DNA of 56,170 nucleotides from a candidate division WWE3 bacterium RIFOXYD1_FULL_43_17 (GTDB lineage Bacteria; Patescibacteriota; WWE3; UBA101185; UBA10185): NCBI GenBank assembly GCA_001773385.1, contig MEWJ01000059.1, positions 1 to 56,170 of the forward strand, read 5' to 3'. Shown piece by piece: positions 53,198 to 56,170 of this stretch (position 1 is its first letter; each line of letters starts with the position of its first letter). The notes under the pieces were generated by a model. It saw only the letters and a program-made list of their open reading frames with translations, ran no database searches and was not told where the DNA came from. The position numbers and the translations under genes were made by a program.

Positions 53198-54079
53198 GTG
53201 AGTGTGCCCGATCTTTCGATATCTCAAAATTTCCTGACCGACACTAAGTTAGTTCGTCAATTAGCCCTAAAGGCAGGCATCTCAAAAGACGATACAGTAT
53301 TAGATATCGGAGCAGGGAAGGGAATTATCACCGAAGTGTTGGCAGGTCTTGCGGGCTCGGTTATTTCACTGGAACTGGACCCCAAATTACACACGGAGCT
53401 TAAGGAAAAATTTTCTGCTCATTCTCATGTTCAGTCTTTAAACGAAAATTTTTTGTTACACCCACTACCTTTAAAAACATACAAAGTTTTTTCCAATATT
53501 CCTTTTAGTATTACCTCATTGATTGTTAACAAGCTTTTGTTTACAGGCCGCGTTCCCGAAGATACTTTTCTGGTAGTACAAAAGGAAGCAGCCGACAGAT
53601 TTATGGGAAAAGGGGAGGGTTATCTATTTTCTTTGTTAACTCAACCGTTTTTTGACTTCAGTGTATTTTATAAATTCAAAAGAGAAGATTTTACACCCCG
53701 GCCTCTGGTTGATGTTGTGATGTTAAGAATACGTAAAAAGAGAGAGCCTTTGATTACGCGCGATCTCCGTGACGAGTATCTTGACTTTATTTGCTATGTA
53801 GTGAATCAACAGAAACCCACATTAAAGCTAAGACTTAACAGGCTTTTTACCGCAATACAGTACTACCGTATCTCCGACGAGTTGAAATTTTCCGTAACGT
53901 CGAAAGTGAAAGATCTTACATTTTCTCAATGGCTATTATTATTTGAAAGATACGTTTTTTTTGTCGACCGTGAGAAAAAATCCATTACTGACGGTTCGTA
54001 CGCAAACTACAGAAAAGTTACTTCAGGCTCAAACAAGGTCACGAGGACAAAAGTCAGGCGTCCTTTACAAATTAATTAG
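53198..54079 (+). CDS. rRNA adenine N6-methyltransferase, Erm/KsgA family (Erm-like by eye)
   Basis: SQNFL, SAM motif LDIGAGKGIIT, YKVFSNIPFSITS (NIPF/Y motif), FTPRPLVDV, and a C-terminal LTFSQWLLLF that resembles the Erm ISFEQFLSLF. GTG start. Confidence 0.8.
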   Translation: MSVPDLSISQNFLTDTKLVRQLALKAGISKDDTVLDIGAGKGIITEVLAGLAGSVISLELDPKLHTELKEKFSAHSHVQSLNENFLLHPLPLKTYKVFSNIPFSITSLIVNKLLFTGRVPEDTFLVVQKEAADRFMGKGEGYLFSLLTQPFFDFSVFYKFKREDFTPRPLVDVVMLRIRKKREPLITRDLRDEYLDFICYVVNQQKPTLKLRLNRLFTAIQYYRISDELKFSVTSKVKDLTFSQWLLLFERYVFFVDREKKSITDGSYANYRKVTSGSNKVTRTKVRRPLQIN

Positions 54080-55538
54080 TAGGTTCGATTGTCAGCGCCG
54101 CACTCACGCTTACTGTTTCATCTGCTAAGCGCAATCCCTCGGGCAACAACAACGTTACCGGTAGAACAGTAGACTCGTTTTTATCAGTCAGGTCTATCGG
54201 CTCTGTAGATATTTCAGTTGAAGCTTCAAATCCTTCCGGGACCCAAACTTTCAAAGATTTTGGTTCAGCCTCAGCTGCTTTCAGTGAAAGATTAGCCTTC
54301 AGTTTTCCTGTTGTTTTCACAGAGATGGGGATTTCGGCAGGATAATATTTTTGGGCAGTGAGAAGTAGTGTGGAAGGTTCGAACGAAATTATAGAAAAAT
54401 TTGCCGGTGCTGTAATAATATTCTTTGATACCGGAAGTTTATTTACGCCGCTTTGTAGCCTGGAAAAATCAAGATCAATTTTGAAATCCTTAACGGATAT
54501 TTCTTTAAAAGAATCTTCTCCTCTTGTCGAAACTTTTATTTTTACTTCTTTTGGACTGTATTCTTGTATCACTACGTTTGTGGGAATTTTTGTAGTTTCC
54601 ACCGGCACGCTGTAAGTTTTTTCAACAATTCCTGCCTGGTATGCAGCAAAAAACCATATAAGTCCGGCGGCTGTCATAGAGCCCAGGCGAAGCAAGAAGT
54701 CTTGTTTAATTATCTTCGTCAGTTTATTTTCTTTAACGTTTTTAGAAAATTTAGCTCTGATGTATTTTTCGAACTCTTTTTCAAGATCTGTAAATTCCTG
54801 TAGCGTTTTTAATTTTCCGTCCTTGGATATAGAAATTTTTCCGCTTTCTTCCGATACAACAATGGCGAAAGAGTCTGTTAATTCAGTAATTCCTACTGCG
54901 GCACCGTGCCGGGTTCCGTGTTTCCCTATTTCTTTAAAGTTTGTAGACAGGGGTAGATGAGCAGCGAATTTTGAAACTCTGTTGTTGTTGATAATTAGGG
55001 CCCCGTCATGTCCGAAAGAGTGGGGCTCAAAGATACTTGAGAGGAGTTCTTCGGAGATAACACCGTCTAATGCAGTCCCCCCGTCGATAAACTGATCCAG
55101 ACTATCTTTGCCCTGCACTACTATTAATACGCCAATTTTTGCCTGTGCCATTTTTACGCACGCCTGAATAATTTCCGATGTAGTCGGAGATCTGGTAGCC
55201 AGAGGAAGTACCTTCAACTGCCTTGACCCTATGAGACCCAGGAACTCGAAGTATCTTCTTATCTCGTTTTGGAAAATTATGACGAAGATGAGTACCGATA
55301 CACCTATAAAATATCTCAAAGCCAGTAAAGTAACATAAAGGTTAAAACTCTTTGCGAAAAGATACAGCAGTCCTGCAATGGCCAGGCCCAAAAATACCAT
55401 TAAAGTTTTGGTATTGCGGAGGAAAAGGAATAGCGAGTATATCAGAAGAGCTATTATAAGAATGTCAAAAAAGTCGGTTATATAAAGGTTTCCCTTAAGT
55501 TTTACGAGGTTGTTGAGAAAACTGAACATACTGAACAT
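54072..55538 (-). CDS. cdaA: Diadenylate cyclase CdaA fused to YbbR (CdaR-like) repeats
   Basis: 488 aa. It has three N-terminal TMs, DAC-domain motifs (HDGALII, GTRHGAAVGITE), a further TM, then about 200 aa of YbbR-type beta repeats (YSVPVE..KVSTRG..; YPAEIPISVKTTG..). Confidence 0.85.
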   Translation of the reverse strand: MFSMFSFLNNLVKLKGNLYITDFFDILIIALLIYSLFLFLRNTKTLMVFLGLAIAGLLYLFAKSFNLYVTLLALRYFIGVSVLIFVIIFQNEIRRYFEFLGLIGSRQLKVLPLATRSPTTSEIIQACVKMAQAKIGVLIVVQGKDSLDQFIDGGTALDGVISEELLSSIFEPHSFGHDGALIINNNRVSKFAAHLPLSTNFKEIGKHGTRHGAAVGITELTDSFAIVVSEESGKISISKDGKLKTLQEFTDLEKEFEKYIRAKFSKNVKENKLTKIIKQDFLLRLGSMTAAGLIWFFAAYQAGIVEKTYSVPVETTKIPTNVVIQEYSPKEVKIKVSTRGEDSFKEISVKDFKIDLDFSRLQSGVNKLPVSKNIITAPANFSIISFEPSTLLLTAQKYYPAEIPISVKTTGKLKANLSLKAAEAEPKSLKVWVPEGFEASTEISTEPIDLTDKNESTVLPVTLLLPEGLRLADETVSVSAALTIEPTN

Positions 55539-55642
55539 GGCTTGATTTTAACAGTAATTAGCCAAATCTGGCTAGGTTGAGAAATGTCAGGCCGTTATTC
55601 GTTTATTGACAAGGGGTTGGGTACAAAATACCATTTGTATAT

Positions 55643-55954
55643 ATGAAAGAAAGATTTAATTCAGGAAGCGATGAAACTTACATAGCATCCGATGGGACCG
55701 GAGGTTGGTTAGATCACGTTCCCACTCAGGAGGAAGTTGAGGAAGACCATAGAAAACAGGAAGAGGCTAACAGAAGTATGAATGCTCAGATTGAGGCAAG
55801 GCAGGAAGAGCTGGGAATTAAACAGCCTGTGGGTAGGGAGTGGATTGATAGCCTGAGAAGTGATTTTGATATAGTGGAACCTGAAAAGCCCGGGGATAAA
55901 GAAACTAATCCTGATGAGGTCGTTGCGGATTTGAGAGAACTTTTCAAAAACTAA
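55643..55954 (+). CDS. Acidic hypothetical protein (103 aa)
   Basis: ORF only, with a highly charged composition. No recognisable domain. Confidence 0.4.
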   Translation: MKERFNSGSDETYIASDGTGGWLDHVPTQEEVEEDHRKQEEANRSMNAQIEARQEELGIKQPVGREWIDSLRSDFDIVEPEKPGDKETNPDEVVADLRELFKN

Positions 55955-55964
55955 AATTTTATAT

Positions 55965-55985
55965 TGGTGAGGGCGCTGGGGATCG
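55965..55985 (-). repeat. Displaced partial copy of the 3' end of the tRNA at 56148-56170
   Basis: TGGTGAGGGCGCTGGGGATCG is 21/21 identical to 56148-56168. It is followed by GTCACC. Confidence 0.85.
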
Positions 55986-56147
55986 GTCACCTGTCTTAAC
56001 ACATTGTATTTCGCTAACGCTCAAACAATCTGTAAAGCACGCGACCCCGCCTCCTTTGCCTTCGCTCAGTCCGGCATTCGCTCCCCACCCCATAAAGAAA
56101 AACTCGCCAGTACCTAAAGGCACTACCGAGTTTTCCTTGGTGAGGGC

Positions 56148-56170
56148 GCTGGGGATCGAACCCAGGACAC
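56148..56170 (-). tRNA. tRNA gene, 3' part only (truncated by the window edge); identity undetermined
   Basis: The reverse complement reads ..CCTGG-GTTCGATC-CCCAG-CGCCCTC-A-CCA, which is a T arm, the acceptor 3' strand and an encoded CCA. Confidence 0.7.

Overview
This is a compact 56.2-kb chromosomal segment that uses the standard genetic code: TGA, TAA and TAG all terminate full-length conserved genes. Many neighbouring genes have overlapping start and stop codons.

Likely source (inference only): a reduced-genome bacterium with a Gram-positive-type envelope, such as Patescibacteria/CPR. The basis is gene content and style: a class II RNR, a Klenow-only Pol I, a UvrC without its HhH tail, ribosomal proteins with charged extensions, and many orphan small proteins.

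Gene order:
- uvrA, a transglutaminase-like protein, uvrC, secG.
- A division/cell-wall cluster: murA-like, mraY, ftsW, murG, ftsQ, ftsA, ftsZ.
- nrdJ, a PduO-type adenosyltransferase and a small ORF, bracketed by two arrays of the same 23/24-nt tandem repeat.
- ileS, a LytR_C protein, rplU-rpmA, lepB, tRNA-Val.
- A cell-surface glycan cluster: ATP-grasp, GH18-like, clan GH-A, flippase, O-antigen-ligase-like, Ig-like, galU.
- A tRNA-bounded islet of orphan small genes (tRNA-Thr, tRNA-Gly, tRNA-Asp).
- polX, lemA-NUDIX-htpX, and gatC-gatA-[HEPN-like ORF]-gatB.
- polA, a clpC-like gene, rplS.
- A run of minus-strand orphan genes for secreted or surface proteins, each with its own intrinsic terminator.
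- An Erm/KsgA-family methyltransferase, a CdaA-YbbR fusion, and a truncated tRNA at the window edge.

I found no CRISPR array, transposase, integrase or canonical defence system.

The most unusual signals are:
1. Two different tRNA genes are each followed by a homologous 127-162-nt insert and a displaced copy of their own 3' end. The junction falls at the same T-loop nucleotide in both, followed by the same hexamer.
2. Two same-orientation tandem-repeat arrays flank the nrdJ/adenosyltransferase block.
3. A HEPN-like (Rx4H) ORF sits inside the gatCAB operon.
4. The MurA homologue lacks the catalytic Cys/Asp loop residue.
5. A duplicated gene-plus-terminator cassette has terminators that are better conserved than its coding sequences.

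All homology calls come from motif recognition by eye. No database search was run.
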